A stretch of 59,062 bases of DNA from Macrostomum lignano (lineage: Eukaryota), in contig NIVC01004124.1 of NCBI GenBank assembly GCA_002269645.1, positions 1 to 59,062 of the forward strand, in the 5' to 3' direction. The notes below the pieces were generated by a model. It worked only from the letters and a program-made list of their open reading frames with translations. It ran no database searches and was not told the origin of the DNA. The stretch's first letter is position 1, and each line of letters opens with the position of its first letter. Made by a program: the position numbers and the translations under genes. Positions 58,520-59,062 of this stretch are shown in pieces.

Positions 58520-59062
58520 AGCTGGGTTGCTAATCTAGCCAATATCAATGAAGGAATAGAATGGATTGAATCTAGATCATGAAGGATAGAATGATTGCTA
58601 ATCTAGCCAAATTCAATGAAGGAATAGAGTGGATTGCTAATCTAGCCAATATCAATGAAGGAATAGATGGATTGCTAATCTAGCCAATATCAATGAAGGA
58701 ATGAGTGGATTGCTAATCTAGCCAATATCAATGAAGAATAGAGTGGATTGCTATCTAGCCAATATCAATGAAGGAATAGAGTGGATTGCTAATCTAGCCA
58801 ATATCAATGAAGGAATAGAGTGGATTGCTAATCTAGCCAATCGTCAATGAAGGAATAGAGTGGATTGCTAATCTAGCCAACATCAATGAAGGAATAGAGT
58901 GGCATTGCTAATCTAGCCAATATCAATGAAGGAATAGAGTGGATTGCTAATCTAGCCAATATCAATGAAGGAATAGAGTGGATTCTAATTAGCCAACATC
59001 AATGGAAAATAGAGTGGATTGCTAATCTAGCCAACATCAATAAAGAAATAGAGTGGATTGCT
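58520..59062. repeat. 39-bp minisatellite GCTAATCTAGCCAATATCAATGAAGGAATAGAGTGGATT
   Basis: About 14 copies, truncated by the window end. Confidence 0.94.

Overview
Eukaryotic (animal) genomic DNA, very rich in intronic tandem repeats. Gene style and repeat load suggest a free-living flatworm such as Macrostomum, but this is inference only. Seven spliced protein-coding genes were reconstructed by hand from GT-AG sites and reading-phase continuity. Four are co-oriented on the minus strand: CDC16/APC6, a C5orf63-type glutaredoxin-like protein, an IRF-family transcription factor, and NUP155 (last exon outside the window). The others are a PX-PH phospholipase D (+), a bacterial/plant-type WS/DGAT acyltransferase (-), and the first exon of a class A peptide-type GPCR (+). 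Mobile DNA includes a full-length dead irritans-type mariner, two tRNA-derived SINE families, an RTE-like LINE fragment inserted into a SINE with a 10-bp TSD, and hairpin MITE-like elements. About 30 distinct satellite arrays are present. The most interesting signals are: (1) the glutaredoxin-like gene has no ATG for its N-terminal presequence, but has an in-frame AG acceptor that a flatworm spliced-leader AUG would complete, and several neighbouring genes show similar in-frame unpaired acceptors, suggesting a possible trans-spliced operon; (2) satellite arrays sit right against splice sites in most long introns, some made of branch-point or acceptor mimics; (3) a sharply bounded ~2 kb block has essentially no CpG. 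Six single-base frameshifts, five in homopolymer runs, are probably long-read consensus errors. All protein identifications are from remembered family motifs; no searches were run.
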